Below, piece after piece: positions 1 through 13,900 of a DNA stretch of 60,691 bases (positions within the stretch are counted from its first letter, which is position 1; every line of letters starts with the position of its first letter). Origin of the DNA: a virus (Duplodnaviria > Caudoviricetes); the IMG/VR virus record IMGVR_UViG_3300009068_000043, positions 1 to 60,691 of that record; one strand, 5' to 3'. The position numbers and the translations under genes were made by a program. The notes under the pieces are model-generated. The model worked only from the letters and a program-made list of their open reading frames with translations, was not told the DNA's origin and did not search any database.

Positions 1-101
1 CAGTATTTAAATTACCACCAATTACATTTCCACCGGCAGATAATAGTCCAGCAGTATTTAAATTACCACCAATTACATTTCCAGTTATAGATAATAGTCC
101 A
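1..101 (-). repeat. 51-bp (17-aa) coding tandem repeat in fibre gene
   Basis: cagtatttaaattaccaccaattacatttcca occurs at positions 1 and 52. Confidence 0.8.
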
Positions 102-1135
102 GTGATATATTCGCCTGTGGTTGCAAACACAGCCACATTACTGCTTCCGCCCACACCAATAGAAACATTTCCACCTGAACTTACTATTGTGACATTTGAT
201 GTGCCATTGCTGAGGTTGGACACTGTGGTTGACAGACTAGGAATACTAACTACTCCAGTGCTGCCGTTGATCGAAATAGCACTGTTAGGTGTACCACCAA
301 CGTTTGCACCTATTACCAAGTTGCCATTAGAAGTTTGATTACGAAGGGTCACGTCCGAACCACTGACTGTGACGCGGAAATCAGAATTTTCACCAACTGA
401 CAACCCAGTGTCGTTCAGGATGCCTAGGGTGCCTGTCATGGTTTGGTTGCTAGTTGTGGCCACAAACCCTGACGATGCTATACCGTTAAGGTAAGTGGAA
501 TTGTTGGCTGTGCCTTGGAACAACTGTGCCACGCCAGAAATGGTGCCGGCCATTGTAAGTCCAGGCTGTACTAGTTTGCTACCGGTCCAGCCGCCGCCTG
601 CTGGTGCCACAGCAGGAGTGTATGCAGCATCTTTACTAAAAATACCCACCACTGCATTGGCAACATACATTTCCACAGCCACATGACTTACTGCATTGGT
701 ATCTGTAATGGTTGTGACAATTGCTCCACTTACCCCAGTATTTCCAGTATAAGCTGGACCTACCAATATCCAAGCAGTACCAGTATAAACATTAAGTTGA
801 GAATTCACACTGTCATACCACAAATCCCCAGCTACATTTGAAGTAGATGGAGCAGTTGAGCTAGAAGTGGCCCCTGAGATAACTTTAAAAGTAGCACCAG
901 TGTATACCTTCATGGTATCTGTGGTTTGATCATACCATAGTTGACCTTCCAATGGTGCTGTGGGTGCTGTGGTGTTTGCTCCGTTTTGTAGTAAACGGAT
1001 AATATCATCGTTGATGAACTGTCCGTAACCGGCATAATTTTTACCCACCAGCACCATACTGGAATCAGTATTAATGGTACCGTCGGGTATGGTTGCGAAC
1101 ACAGAACCATTGGTAAGAGTGATTGTATATGACAT
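2..1135 (-). CDS. Tail fibre / virion structural protein, 3'-truncated at window edge (not in ORF track)
   Basis: ATG at 1135 with GGAG upstream and TAAATA at 1160-1165. Translates as MSYTITLTNGSVFATIPDGTINTDSSMVLVGKNYAGYGQ...GQLWYD...GDLWYD..., open to the window edge, ending in GNVIGGNLNTAGLLS repeats typical of fibre shafts. Confidence 0.8.
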   Translation of the reverse strand, partial: MSYTITLTNGSVFATIPDGTINTDSSMVLVGKNYAGYGQFINDDIIRLLQNGANTTAPTAPLEGQLWYDQTTDTMKVYTGATFKVISGATSSSTAPSTSNVAGDLWYDSVNSQLNVYTGTAWILVGPAYTGNTGVSGAIVTTITDTNAVSHVAVEMYVANAVVGIFSKDAAYTPAVAPAGGGWTGSKLVQPGLTMAGTISGVAQLFQGTANNSTYLNGIASSGFVATTSNQTMTGTLGILNDTGLSVGENSDFRVTVSGSDVTLRNQTSNGNLVIGANVGGTPNSAISINGSTGVVSIPSLSTTVSNLSNGTSNVTIVSSGGNVSIGVGGSSNVAVFATTGEYITGLLSITGNVIGGNLNTAGLLSAGGNVIGGNLNT

Positions 1136-1187
1136 ATTGCTTGCTCCGAATCTTATAGGTATTTATTACCTATTAATCTACACATAT

Positions 1188-1799
1188 TTATGCTGTGCTT
1201 AGGTTAGTCAAAGTCTGAATTCGCACAGTATAATCAATCTGTATCTGGCGGTTCAAACTCTTTTGTACTGGATGAAAAATTACATGTGTTAATAATCGTA
1301 GATTTGTTGTATCTCCGTTGACAGCTTTGAGTCCCAGCTCATCAAACACATATTCACCATTGAAATTGGTACTATTATCAAATGCTTGTTGTCCCGGCGG
1401 TTCGCCGTAGTCTAACAAGCAACTCACAAGAATATCTGTATACACTTGCCCTGACGTATGCAATACTGTCAAGTTATTGTTAATTATATCAGTGTCGGCT
1501 GCTGAATTGTCATTTACTACTTTGACAAAGGTCTCATTGTACAGATCTGCATTGGTGCCAGTGGTATTTGGTGGCAAGTAAGTGATCACTCCAGTGGGAT
1601 CAACCGAACTACCACCATTGCCAAATGCCATGGCATAAATCCACCCGCCGCCCTGGGCAAGAGTTCTATAGCTGAGTGTTTGTGCCAGTGCAATACTCAT
1701 GTTTTCATAGTGTATTGCGTTTTTTTTGTCTACAAAAACTTCACCAGATTTTGGATCAAAAATCTTTACAAAGCCTTGTATCTGTACAGGTATCATCAT
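1188..1799 (-). CDS. Virion structural protein (baseplate / fibre-attachment-like)
   Basis: 203-aa ORF with MAFGNGG, FDELGL and LLTHVIFHPVQKSLNRQIQIDYTVRI; located between the giant baseplate gene and a fibre gene. Confidence 0.6.
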   Translation of the reverse strand: MMIPVQIQGFVKIFDPKSGEVFVDKKNAIHYENMSIALAQTLSYRTLAQGGGWIYAMAFGNGGSSVDPTGVITYLPPNTTGTNADLYNETFVKVVNDNSAADTDIINNNLTVLHTSGQVYTDILVSCLLDYGEPPGQQAFDNSTNFNGEYVFDELGLKAVNGDTTNLRLLTHVIFHPVQKSLNRQIQIDYTVRIQTLTNLSTA

Positions 1800-1942
1800 G
1801 CTCGTGTCTCCACAAATACTTGTTTGGTTTGAGGGTCTGAGATTTTTAAAAATCCCAAAATTGCAATGGCGCCGCGCTCATCTGGACGAGCAACGGGTTT
1901 TGGGGCGGGTGTTTGTGGACGAATCTGCTGATTTTGCTGCAT
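1796..1942 (-). CDS. 48-aa small protein resembling the N-terminus of the downstream protein (not in ORF track)
   Basis: MQQNQQIRPQTPAPKPVARPDERGAIAILGFLKISDPQTKQVFVETRA*. TAAATA lies 4 nt upstream and its TGA overlaps the next ATG (ATGA at 1796-1799). Confidence 0.7.
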   Translation of the reverse strand: MQQNQQIRPQTPAPKPVARPDERGAIAILGFLKISDPQTKQVFVETRA

Positions 1943-1946
1943 AATT

Positions 1947-1952
1947 TATTTA
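1947..1952 (-). promoter_or_regulatory. Late promoter motif TAAATA
   Basis: TATTTA on + strand, 4 nt upstream of the ATG at 1942; core of the T4 gp55 late promoter TATAAATA. Confidence 0.65.
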
Positions 1953-1954
1953 CC

Positions 1955-4900
1955 TTAATATTCATCTCTGAAGAATCTTGCGGCCAAGGTTTGGGTTACC
2001 TGCAAGGCTTCACCATTGGAAGGTTCACCGTCGGCTGGTTGATACCATCCAAATCCTTGTCGTACCTGGATAGAAACTTCATATCCGTCTGTGGGTGCTG
2101 TGTCAAATGTTATTGTGGCAGGTGCTACAGAATCCACAGTGTATCCAGTATAAACACGGATCCCAGCCACATATACCAAAATAGCTTGTTCAGCAAAATT
2201 CAAGGTAGAATCTACTGTGAATGCACTGAGGTCAATGTTTGGTGCTGTGAATGTTTCTGTGCTGCCATCAGCTAACGTATTGGTGTACACCACACGGTCT
2301 TGATATTCAACAGGAGCAAGGTTATCTCTACCTATGTTATACACAATAGAATCTACTGCATGATTGGTTGCGGCTGTACCTGCTGTGCCACGCAGTAAAC
2401 TACTCACAGTATTGGTATTCAAATCACGCACACGATACATGATCCGTTCACCATTGATGGTTATTGCACCCCAGATGTTGTTTGCTAGATTAGGTTGAGG
2501 CAATGCACCTGCATCAGCCACATAAATTATATCCTGATCAATAAACAATGGTTGAACCAATGTGGTAGTGGTGTTGGGAGTTATTCTATAGGTAGCTTGC
2601 ACATCGCGCATGTCTTGGAAAATACGTAGCTCAAGTCCAGTTACTGGATTAGTTTCAAGAATAACAATAATATCATTCACATCGGGCGCAGTGTCAAAAG
2701 TGACCCCTGCATTCGCACTGTCTCCATAATCAACAGTATACTGATCAGGGGAGATTACAACATTGTTGATAGTAACTTCAACTTCTTCAGAATAGGTTGG
2801 AGCCGCGTATGGTCCAGTGGTACTACCATCACCTGTGTACACAGTGGTCTGTCGTGTGTAAACTCGGAAGTCCATGGTATCAAATTCTGATCCAGGCACT
2901 AGTTCTTGTGGAGCATGGCTTTCGTATGGTCCAACAAACTCACCACCTACCACATTGATATCTGTGGGGCGAATACCCAAGTAAGGATCCAGGAATCTGC
3001 TTTCGTAAATGGTATCCAGGATTCCTGGATCGTAAGTGGGACGACCTTCTGGACCAAAGGCAATGTTATCAAATGGATTTATGTCAAAATTCCCTACATC
3101 AAATCCAGTATTCTGTGAAAAAGTAGGAGCACTGACTTGCACACCTGGGTAAGTTATGCCATCGATCAATAACCCTAGATCTAACCCTGGCTCATTCACT
3201 GTGGGAACATACAATCCCATGGTACGATTTATACCGCTCAAGGTTGCGGCATTCACCAGTAACCAGTATGTAGGATCAAATGTAGCAGATTCTACTGCTG
3301 GAGATCTTGCTGTGATACTAGTGGATGACAAAGACTGAGCAGGTGATACTGTGTATGTTCCAATGCCGCCGGTTCCTGACAAGAGGCCAGTGATTTTGGT
3401 GTCAGTGATTACTCCAGTTCCGGTAAGTATCATACCTGTTACCAGTGCCGGACTACCATTTGGTATACTGGTCACTGACATTACTGAACTTGATATAGAT
3501 GCTGTAATCACAATCGGTGGGCTATCGGCAGTCCATACTCTGTTATCGTAACGAACTTGTGTGCCATTGATGTATGCTACATTTGGTTGCCAATCTAGAA
3601 TGGTTGATACATATTGGTATCTATCATATTTCATTGTGATGTTGAAACTGCGGACCAAGTTGTAGTATTGTGTAACACCGTAATTGGCTGCGGTTGGGTT
3701 TTGATTTTTTCCAACTCCCGGGCCGGCCATTGTGGCCACCAACTGCCCGCCAGTGCCGTTGCCACCACTCAAGGTTATCAGTGCGGTTGTGGTATATCCC
3801 ACTCCGGGATTATCTATTGTTACTCCACTTATATTTCCAGCACTGTTTACAATCACAGTAAGGGCTGCTGGTGTGACACAATCACCAGTGATGGTTGCAA
3901 TAGGAGGAACAGTATATCCTGTTCCTGCATCGGCAATTGCTACCCCTACTACAGACAAGGTATAATTTTGATACCAGAAACTCCAAGGCTGCGACTGCCA
4001 TAATAAATTGTCAGATGCAACATCACTGTCATCGCTCGGTGTGCCGGTGCCTACTGCTGTGCTCACAGTGTAAGGAGTCAGTATTGGACTCACAAATTGA
4101 TTGGGAATTACATCAGTATCGTAAAATGCCGGAACATCAAAGTCAGTTAGTGTACCTTGATAGTCATCTATTCCATTATAGATTAGATTGAATTCACGTA
4201 TCTGCACATGATATGGTTTGACTTCGTTGATGTAATCTAACACAAAGTCTTGATTGTCTCGACGATACGTTTGGAAAGCTACTAGTTCGCGAATTGTGTG
4301 ATCCACATCAATCAACGAGGTCTTTGATAACCAGTTGGGTGCTTCGAACTCACTGAGTGCAAAATTAAACATCAAGATCAATGCACGATTGCGTTCAATC
4401 AACAGCTCATCAACTAAAAGTTCTTGATTGATTGCTTGAATGATTCTTCGAGTTTCGATCACAGGCTCTTGATCAAAGTATTGTGCATCGAACACTTCTA
4501 CATCAAATCCAAAACGTCCCAGTTGATAATCCCATAATTCTGCAGAGATTTTTATAGTACCATCTTGTAATCCCACACGTTGCCAAGTGTTTGTGGCCAC
4601 ACGTAGATATATTTCCCACTTGTTTTGTGAATTGGCAGTGACCCGCACACTAGATCCCACCGGCGCTTGATACACACTCAACTTACTGAGATCACTGTAC
4701 AATGCCACCGTGGCAATAACCAGTTTGCTGGGATTATATCCAGGTAGATACCAATTGATATAGTTCCAATATCTGCGAGTGTCGTAATTTTGAACTCTGA
4801 TCAGAGCCAATGTAGCAAACGTTTTTGATGCTGTGACTTGATAGATTGTCCATAAGCCATTTTGCCTAGAATCACTTGCTACCAAATATAGATATCCCAC

Positions 4901-7900
4901 TGGTACTATGGCAAGATTTTGATAGCTGAGTTCTTCAATGTCGGCTACTCGTTTATTCCAAGCACCAGTGTTTGCTGGTGGCTCAGGTTCTCTGCTGTTT
5001 AACAACACAAAACTTCGAATCTCTGTGATAGGATACTGTGCTAGCACTGAATTAACTCTACCAAAATAATTCTTCAATGCCAAAAACCTATCCTCAAACA
5101 TGCTTTGTCGTGGGCGGAACTGCACCCCATAACGATTGGCAATGCTGAGATTGGTATCAGGTACTACTGCACCATTGGAGTTAATTCCAGAAAGACTATC
5201 TATGAATTTTAGATATAGGTTGTCAGGTAAAAATCCATCAGCACGATCTTGAGGAATCAAACTGTATTGTGTGTGAACATTGTCACTGGTTAATTCTTGA
5301 TCAAACTCAATGCTGAGTATGGTATCTTGGGCCGAGATGTCATTTGTTGCGTTATAAATGCCGGTTGCGCTGGCATTAAGGAACGCCACATACGGAATAC
5401 CCGAACTGCGTGGATCTGCAATGTAAGTGGCAATCCCTGTGGTGCTAAGAGTTTTTCCAACTGCGGTGTTGATGGTAGTGATACCTTTCACCCAGAAATA
5501 ATAGGTTGTGGCAAAAACTCCAATGGAATTTATTCCATTTGTTACATTGTAACTGAACACATCTTTTGGAGTACCAGGGCCGGTATAATTGGCCGGGGGT
5601 ACATCACTGTTGATCCACTGGTATATCTCAACTGTTGATCCTGGGAATATTTGTGCCCAACGACGAGCTGCATAGGTAATGTTGTTTTGATTAGGATCAA
5701 TGAATCGTACACTGTCAGTGTTCCACCAAATCTCACCCACGTGTGGTTCAGCCCAGATTCTTCCAAAATTGTTAACAGGTCCTACATTATACGCAGCAGG
5801 ATCCACAGCACCAGTATAGTTTATGTTTTCCGCAGCGGCACCTAGTATCTTGCCTTGCAGTGGATCAATAAAATCAAAGAATGTAGTTTTTGCACCAGTT
5901 TTTGCACTGTAACTATACACAGAATTGACCAATGCAATGTCAACCACTGGCAGTTGTTCATGTATTACTACCCAGGCAGGAGTAAGAGTGTCGTTGTTGA
6001 ACACTGCCACACGGCCATAATTTAGATCGCTTAATGTGCTATCATCAATGTCACTGCCAGGACTACCCACTAACAATTTGCCATTGGTGTAATTAACTGC
6101 TGTGCCAAACTGATCTAGTTCTCTTACTCGTTGATCATAGATTTGTTGTCCAAATACAAACTTGCCTGGATCAGTCACTGAGTCTGCTGAACTACGCAAA
6201 TAATCATATGTGTATACTACCCCGCTTTGGTATAAAGGACCATTAAACGTGGTAGTGCGGCCGTCAAAGTATGTGGTACCCTGATCAAATGTGTTAGGAC
6301 GATATAAGTTTCCGTTTGGTGCGCCAACTGTCAGTGTCAATGCTGACGTATCAACATTCAACGAAGCACCAAATGCCGCACCTATTGAAGGTGCCGGACT
6401 GGTAATAGTTTGAGTGTAAGCATAGGTATTGAATCCCAAGCGTTGGAACATATTTCCAATCAATCCCGGCAACACAGTAAGTCTATTGGCTGTTTCTGCA
6501 GCCAACACATTCTTCACACTCAGCGTGAGTAATCCAAATGTTGCTGTTCCAAGTAAACCAGTTCTGGCAATTACATTGGCAATGCCAGAAGAGTTAATGT
6601 TGTTGACCAAGCTGGCTACCCAACTACTTTGTTGCCAATAACTGGTATCAGTAATTGCTACTCCCACAGGTACAAGACGAGTAGATCGATATATGCCCAA
6701 ACTGTTTTGAACTATACTATCAATGGGCCAAGACACTGTGTTTACCCATTCAGTTGGTTCGCTCATGATCACTTCTTGATCATTGATTCTGATACTTTGT
6801 CCTGGTTGCAGTCTTGGATTTGGATTTCGACTGGTAGTGGTACCGTATAAACGACTTTGATTTACATTGCGTTGTACGGATCCTGCCTGTGCTAATATAG
6901 AACTATCTTGAGGAGCACCGGTGTACAAGCTGCAACTGTATCGGCATATATCCACAGCAGCACCAAAGTTTGCGCTCAAACTTGGTGTATTGGCTGGGAT
7001 GATCTGTAATAGATTAAATGTGTTTGGTTGTATCTGCAATACATCTCCCACTGCCAACGGTGCCGTCACGGTGACTGTTGCTCCACTTACAGAGAACGTG
7101 CCACCTATGTTGTCTTCAGTGTTGAGCAAGAATGTGTTGTTCAATGCCACAAACGTAGGACTAACTAATACACCACCATCCACTGTGTAAGATGTCTGTG
7201 CTGAGTTGGTGATCACAAAGTTTTGTGCAGAACGATCATATACATAAACTGCACCAGCATTCAATAGATCATTGGTCTGTGCGTTTGGTGTGCCAATCAG
7301 AATTTGACGACCATCAATTGTGCAACTTACACTTTGACCAAATCTACTGTCATCGGGCAATCTAGCAGTGATGCTGGTTGATGCAGTGGTTTGGCCAGGA
7401 GTGACCAAATAAGTACCCACTCCACCAACACCGCTGACCATGGCAGTGATGCGTGTTCCTTGTGCAACATCAGTGCCACTCAGTATCATACCAACTGTCA
7501 ATGCCGGTGATCCAATTGGCACGCTGGTCACTGTCATGGTGCTGTTAGATATATCAGCTGTGAACTGTATGGTAAATTCTAGTGTATCAACAAACGTGTA
7601 ATAACTGATTGCTGTCACTGTTATGGTTGATGCATCAGCAGGTGCAGTGAAAAATATTAAATCTCTTCCGGTGGTACTGTTGTCTGAATTGAACTCAAAA
7701 TCAATATTTGGTCTTTGCCATACGCCATTTACCAAAACACCAAAACTATAAATGTTGACCGCAGTATATAGATAGTCATTCAATGAGAACAATTGAGTTG
7801 TTCCGTCACCTGTGTAATTTACTGATGTTCTACGATTGATTTTTAATATCAAATTGTCCGGCGGTGCGGAATTAAACACCACATTGGTTGATGTTAATGA

Positions 7901-10900
7901 ATAATCTATCCCTTCAGTCAACAGCTGATTGTTCAGTACAACTGTGAGCTGATTGGGGTATTGTGAATCAATCACAACAAAATTGCTATAGTTGTAATTA
8001 ACAGAACTGCCGTCAGTTACATAGGTCGCTGTTTGCAGTTGAACTTCTACTAATCCATAAGCAAAAACTTTGTTGATCCCCGGCGCCCCAACATACATCC
8101 AATGTTCGTCTTGACTTATTACTACACTGTATCCAAACTCAGCTGGATATGCTAGATCCATTGGATCAGGAACTGTGAGCACAACTGAGTTTGAAAAGGT
8201 ATCTGTTTCGGGTACTAGATAAACTGTGGATACATATCCGCGATTATTGTTACTGGCCGGTGCACCCACTGCTTGCCAAGTTTGATTACCAATGCTTACA
8301 GCATGACCGTACCCTACTGTATCCACAGCATTGATTCCAAGACTGGAATTTTCTCCAAACGGGTTGAATACTGTTCGTACATAAGTGTATACTGCACCCT
8401 GACCTACATTGTATGCCGGATTGCCAACCAATGCATATAGATTATTTTTGTTTTGTGCTATACTGTACCCAAATTGACTATTAGTTTCAGAAACAGTGGC
8501 TGTTATTTCAGCGCCGGATGTGAAAACTAATTGTTTTTCCAATACTTGCCAGAGTCCCAATCCATTAGAATCAACCCATACTTTGTTGCCCGGAATCAAA
8601 CTGTTGGCATATGGTAAAGTAATCACATCGCTGGCTTGACTAACCCGTTGTGTTTGCAGCACAAATCCAATACCGTCGCCTGTGGCTGTGATCTGACTGG
8701 CATTAACAAAGCTAAACACAGCAACCAGTTGATTGATACTTGGTATGCGCAATACTGTGTATACTCCGTCAACTTCGTCTGAGAAGAATCGGATTATAAA
8801 CAGTCGGCCTTCGGTGGTAATACTGTGTGACTGAGTGAATGTAAACACACTGGTGCCATCAAGATTTGTAGTAACTGAATCTAAGTATCCTGGCAGTTGA
8901 CTGGTTCTAAAAATTCCCCAGTTGTAGTTGTTGATCTTGGCCGCCCAGATTGTGGTACCTAAATTTATAGAATCAATGTTGGCGCTTAGTTCAGAGGTAT
9001 TTGATATATCAAACACTGTGATATCAACATCATCAAAGTTTACATAACCTGCACTGGGTAATGCTGAATTTTCTATCGGTTGGATGCTGGTGGTTAATAT
9101 ATTAGGACTAGTTATTTTGTAACTGGATTTCCATATGTTGTTCAACAACACTGTTTGTTCAGCCAAACTGGATTCGTTAGGCAGGATAACTTGAATAGTG
9201 CTAGGGTTAGCAGTAAGCAATGCCTCATTGAGTTGCAGTTCGTAAAAACTTCGATTGGCATTGGCACCATATACTCCACGCAATATTGCCCAGTTTTCAT
9301 AAATCTGATATTGTGTTGGGCCATGCCCTATATCAGCAAAAGAAAATATGTCAGTGGCACGTAATGTACCTTTGGTACCTAAGAATTGTTGATACAAGCT
9401 GACTTGACTGGTGCTATCCAATTCCAAATTTACCATGTATTGTCGCGGCTTCCACCCAATCAATGCATAAGAGAACAGGTCCTGACTGAGTTCAAGATTG
9501 GCAGTATAGATATTATAGCTGTTGGCCAACTGATTGCTCTTGTTGGGCAAGTTAGGCAATAATCCTTGTTGTATCAGAGTATAGTTAGAAACTCTCCAGC
9601 GATTGATATCAAATGCTGCTGTTGGTTGTACTATGTCAATTGCACTGTAATAAGTATTTTTCCATTTTACAATCTCGCCGCGAGCATATTTCTTCAATGG
9701 GTTCCACTCTTCCACGTTGTCTTGATTTAATATAAAACCTTGAGCATTCAGTTGCCCGTTCCATTCAGTGGTGGTCCATCCTACCAATCTCACACGACTT
9801 TGTCTTGCACTGGTAATAGGATCGTAGATCAAATCAGCAAAGATACTGACATTATCCAACACAATCATATTCTCATAACTGGTAAACTTGATGTTGAGGA
9901 AGTTTATAGTTTCTGTAGTCAAACTAGAAATAGTGAAAGTATTATCCAGCCGGTCAATTACTAAATCTCTGGCATTGAATGGAGTACGGTCAGCATTCAA
10001 TACCATGTTTTCTGCAGTCTGTACTGCAATGCTGTCCACAATAGCACCTGCACGTTCAACAATTAACTTGGTAGCACCGGGGTTCAAATTAATAATACTG
10101 CCAGTGTCCCATCCTTGATTACTCCAGTACAAGAACTCGCTGACCATTTGATTCCAGTCCAACACATAACCATTCTCCAATGTGTTAAATACCAGGCCTT
10201 GGCTTTGTAGCAATGCACCATAACTCAACAAAAAGTCGGCCAATAATGTTTGATTAGTAAACACATAGCCATAAGGTATCTGTATTACATTGTTGGTATA
10301 AGTCACTGGCACCCGAACTGTGCTGCTGCCTGCTGATATGGTAGCTAGATTACCATTGATCTTGCTTTGTAAAATATTAAAATACGGGTGCGACATATTG
10401 TACCCATACACTGCCCATCCATTAGTAGTGCTTTGTACAATCACACTGGAATAGGTGAGTTGTGCAAAAGGTACATTTTTATAGAATAGCAAATTATAAC
10501 TAGCATCTGGTAGTAACAAGCTGGAGTTCGAGCTGTTGGGACTAGATTTTTCTGTGTAGATCTCAAGTAAATTTTTACCTGTGAACGATGCCATTCTATA
10601 GCACAATCTCACATCAAGATTTTTAAGATCAGCAGTGAGTGCAGTAGTTGAGTTGATTCCGCTTACACGATTAAAATCCACAATCCAATTGATATAACTG
10701 GCCTTGCTGACACCATTGCCGTATACTTCAACCCCATTGGCATCCAGTCGGTAACGATTGTTGTATAGATATTGATCGTAGTCTGTATTGAATCTATAAA
10801 GATCTCTGTCAGCAAACAATGAGAAGAACTCGGCTGGTCGAGTCAACGACAATAATCTCATTATAGCAAACGGATATGCGCTTGAGGTACGCCAGGCATT

Positions 10901-13900
10901 TTCAACTGGGCCATCATCTCCTGCTACCCAACTCTTACGGAAATCATTGCGGTTAAAATTACCTACCACAACTTGTTGTGGACTTAACAATGTGCCTTCA
11001 CTATCTACTGGTATCACTTGTAATAGTTCAGGACGCACATACTCAGGTCGCACATATGGTGCCACTGGATCTCTCACTAGGCCGGCTGCTAGATCTCCCC
11101 ACAGCACCAAGTTGCCACTGGTATACGGAGCAGCACCGTACTGTGTTTCCCACCAAATTGGCCGCTCACTGAATCCCAACAATTCCCAAGGCCGTGTGGC
11201 TGGATAGATAGTATCATAAAAGTAATTGTATATGCCGCGCCAGGCGCCGATAAACAGTGGATTTCTGGTGAGTTTGTTTGATGCTGTGCTGTAATTCCAT
11301 GTGAACTCGTTGGTTGCAATGTAATCTTGTGTTTTGTAATCTAGCTTGTTCCAGCCCACCCAGGTCAAGAAGTCCTGGTTCAGGATATTTTGAATTTCTG
11401 TTAGACTGTAATCTGTGGTGCGGAATTCACCCGGGATAACTTCAGCAGAAGTCAGCGGAACAGGATTGCCATCCAGTTTCAGATTGTTGTAAATTCTTGT
11501 TTCAAATTCCAACAACAATGCATCACGGAAATCACTGAATGCTCTGGTAATAGATCCATCATGCCCACGTATCACAAAGGTGGGTGTTACATAAGTTTCA
11601 TCTAAAAATATCTCAGGTACATACGCTGGGTACAATCCCATTTTGGTAGGAGTGTTGGGAACATAACTACCAAACGTGGCTTCGTATTCTTGAATGGTTA
11701 CCACATCACCCACTGCCACTGGTATTAGAATAGTAATAACAGGTGCATCAGCACTGACAACGTATTCTATATTTTTTGTCAGCAATCGATCATTGAGGTA
11801 TACCAACAATGCTTGATAATTTGCTGAAGTGTAATTGTATACTTGTGTAAGATCAAATACCTGTCCAGTGATAGGTGTGACCGTGGTCTGTAACTGTGTG
11901 TATACAGTACCAGTAGGCAACATGTCAGACCAGTAGAACGGATTTGAACTTGTACGCCCTATGTTGATTTCAGAAAATACTGCATCAAGAATAGCCGGCA
12001 CAGTCATATCAGTGTAGTCACCTTGGGCTGCTGTGTTCAAGAACTGTGCTTTGAATTTTTCGTATTCTCTTGAGTTGTATTCCAACGAAGCAAAAATATC
12101 ATAATCAGGTTTGCGTAAGAAATACCCAGCCAATGTCATTGGAGAGCTTTGTTGTAAAATGCTCAGGCCGTACGGTACAATGTTACCAAGATCTCTGGTG
12201 TTGTTGGCACCATTCACTGCTCCAGTCAAATTCACTAGATTTTGTGCAATGGTGTCATAATGTGTTCGGACAGTACCCAATGTAAAGTATGGGTTATTGC
12301 CATTCAATGGATTGTTTTCTAAGTTGATTGGAACTTGATAGAACCCAACAGCACTTACTTGATCACTGAGTACCAACACTTCAACTATATCACCGAGCAA
12401 TATTTCTGTTGTGGGATAAAATCTAATAATTGTGGTGTTGTCTGTTGTGGTAACTGTGTACTTGCCTGGATCCAGGAATAAGATACTGTAATTTTGAGAG
12501 ATACTGGTAGCGTACACCTTGACACTGGGCACTGCTCCTGTTGGTAAGGCTGCTACATCCAACACCAATGGAGTGGTTGCTGTGATAATTTCTGACAGCA
12601 CAGTTTGTTCCGGGGTGATAGTATATGTCCCCACTCCGCCTGTGCCAGTAAGTAATCCTGTAATTTGTGTGCCTGGTGTCACTCCTTTTCCAGCAAGGCT
12701 TTGCCCTATCAACAGTGATCCATTGGCTGGGCCTTGACTCACTGTCATTGTTGTGCCCGAGATAGAAGCTGTTATAGGTGTGGTAGTGTATGTAAAACTA
12801 AATTGTTGATAAACTTGACTCTTGGTCACTGCTGGTTGCCAGCCAAGTTCGTTCACATACACAGTGCGATTTTCATATTGGCGAACATGACCTATGCTGA
12901 TATTTTCAGTTTGCTGTACATTATCTTTGACATAGATAAATGTATCCACATACAAATTATTATCAAATACAATATCACCTATGTTGTTCAAACTGAGATA
13001 ACGTAATGGGAATCCCAACACTGTGTCTGCTACTGTGCCTGGGCCAACGGCATAGCTGAACAATGGACTACCGCCCACTATGGTACCAAGATTGTTTTTG
13101 GTAGTTGAGAAAGTTGAGCTTGGATATACAGCACGATCGCCTAGACTGTAGCCTTTTTGATTGTATACATCAAACATGGGATTTTGATTAACGGCTGTTT
13201 TACGTTGCGCTTGAATCCACTGTACACCGTCGTAGTAGAAACTAGCACCTTGAAGTGTGTTACCATTTAAACAAACCACACATTGATCTATCAGAGCCTG
13301 TGCGTCATCTGCAGGCACAAGATCAATAACCGGTTGTGGGTAATGCAATGTACTGTCATGCAATTCATCAGATGCAGGACTGATAAAGTTCACCACATAA
13401 ATTTTATCACGCACTTGTGGGTCCGTATCTCGTGCAAAAATAACTCTGTCACCTTGTTGTAGCTCGTACGCCGGAACCCCCTGCTCGAAGACATAGTATT
13501 GGGTTTGTCCATTGACCTCTGATAATGCGTCAGTTTGATAGAGATCAATTATGTTTATTGGCTGTTTGGCTTTGGTACCCATGTTGTACAAACGTGTTCC
13601 GCCACGGAACTCCACGATGGGTCTTTTTGCACGGAAGTTGTTGTTTAATACCGCAGTTGTGTTATTGTAGGTAGCGGCTGCTGTTATCACGTCAATATGG
13701 AACCAACGATTTGATCTGGTCCAGGCATTGAGATCAGGGCTATCCAGTGCTATGGTAATATAGTCAGGATCCAGTGGTTGATTAAGTGTTCCGTCCCAGT
13801 TGCTGGAATCCCAAGGAACAAAATCCCAAGGTATGCTGGCAGTACGTACACTTTCTGGTGTGACATAATCACTCACTAACAAAAGTTGTATTGCAGTGCC

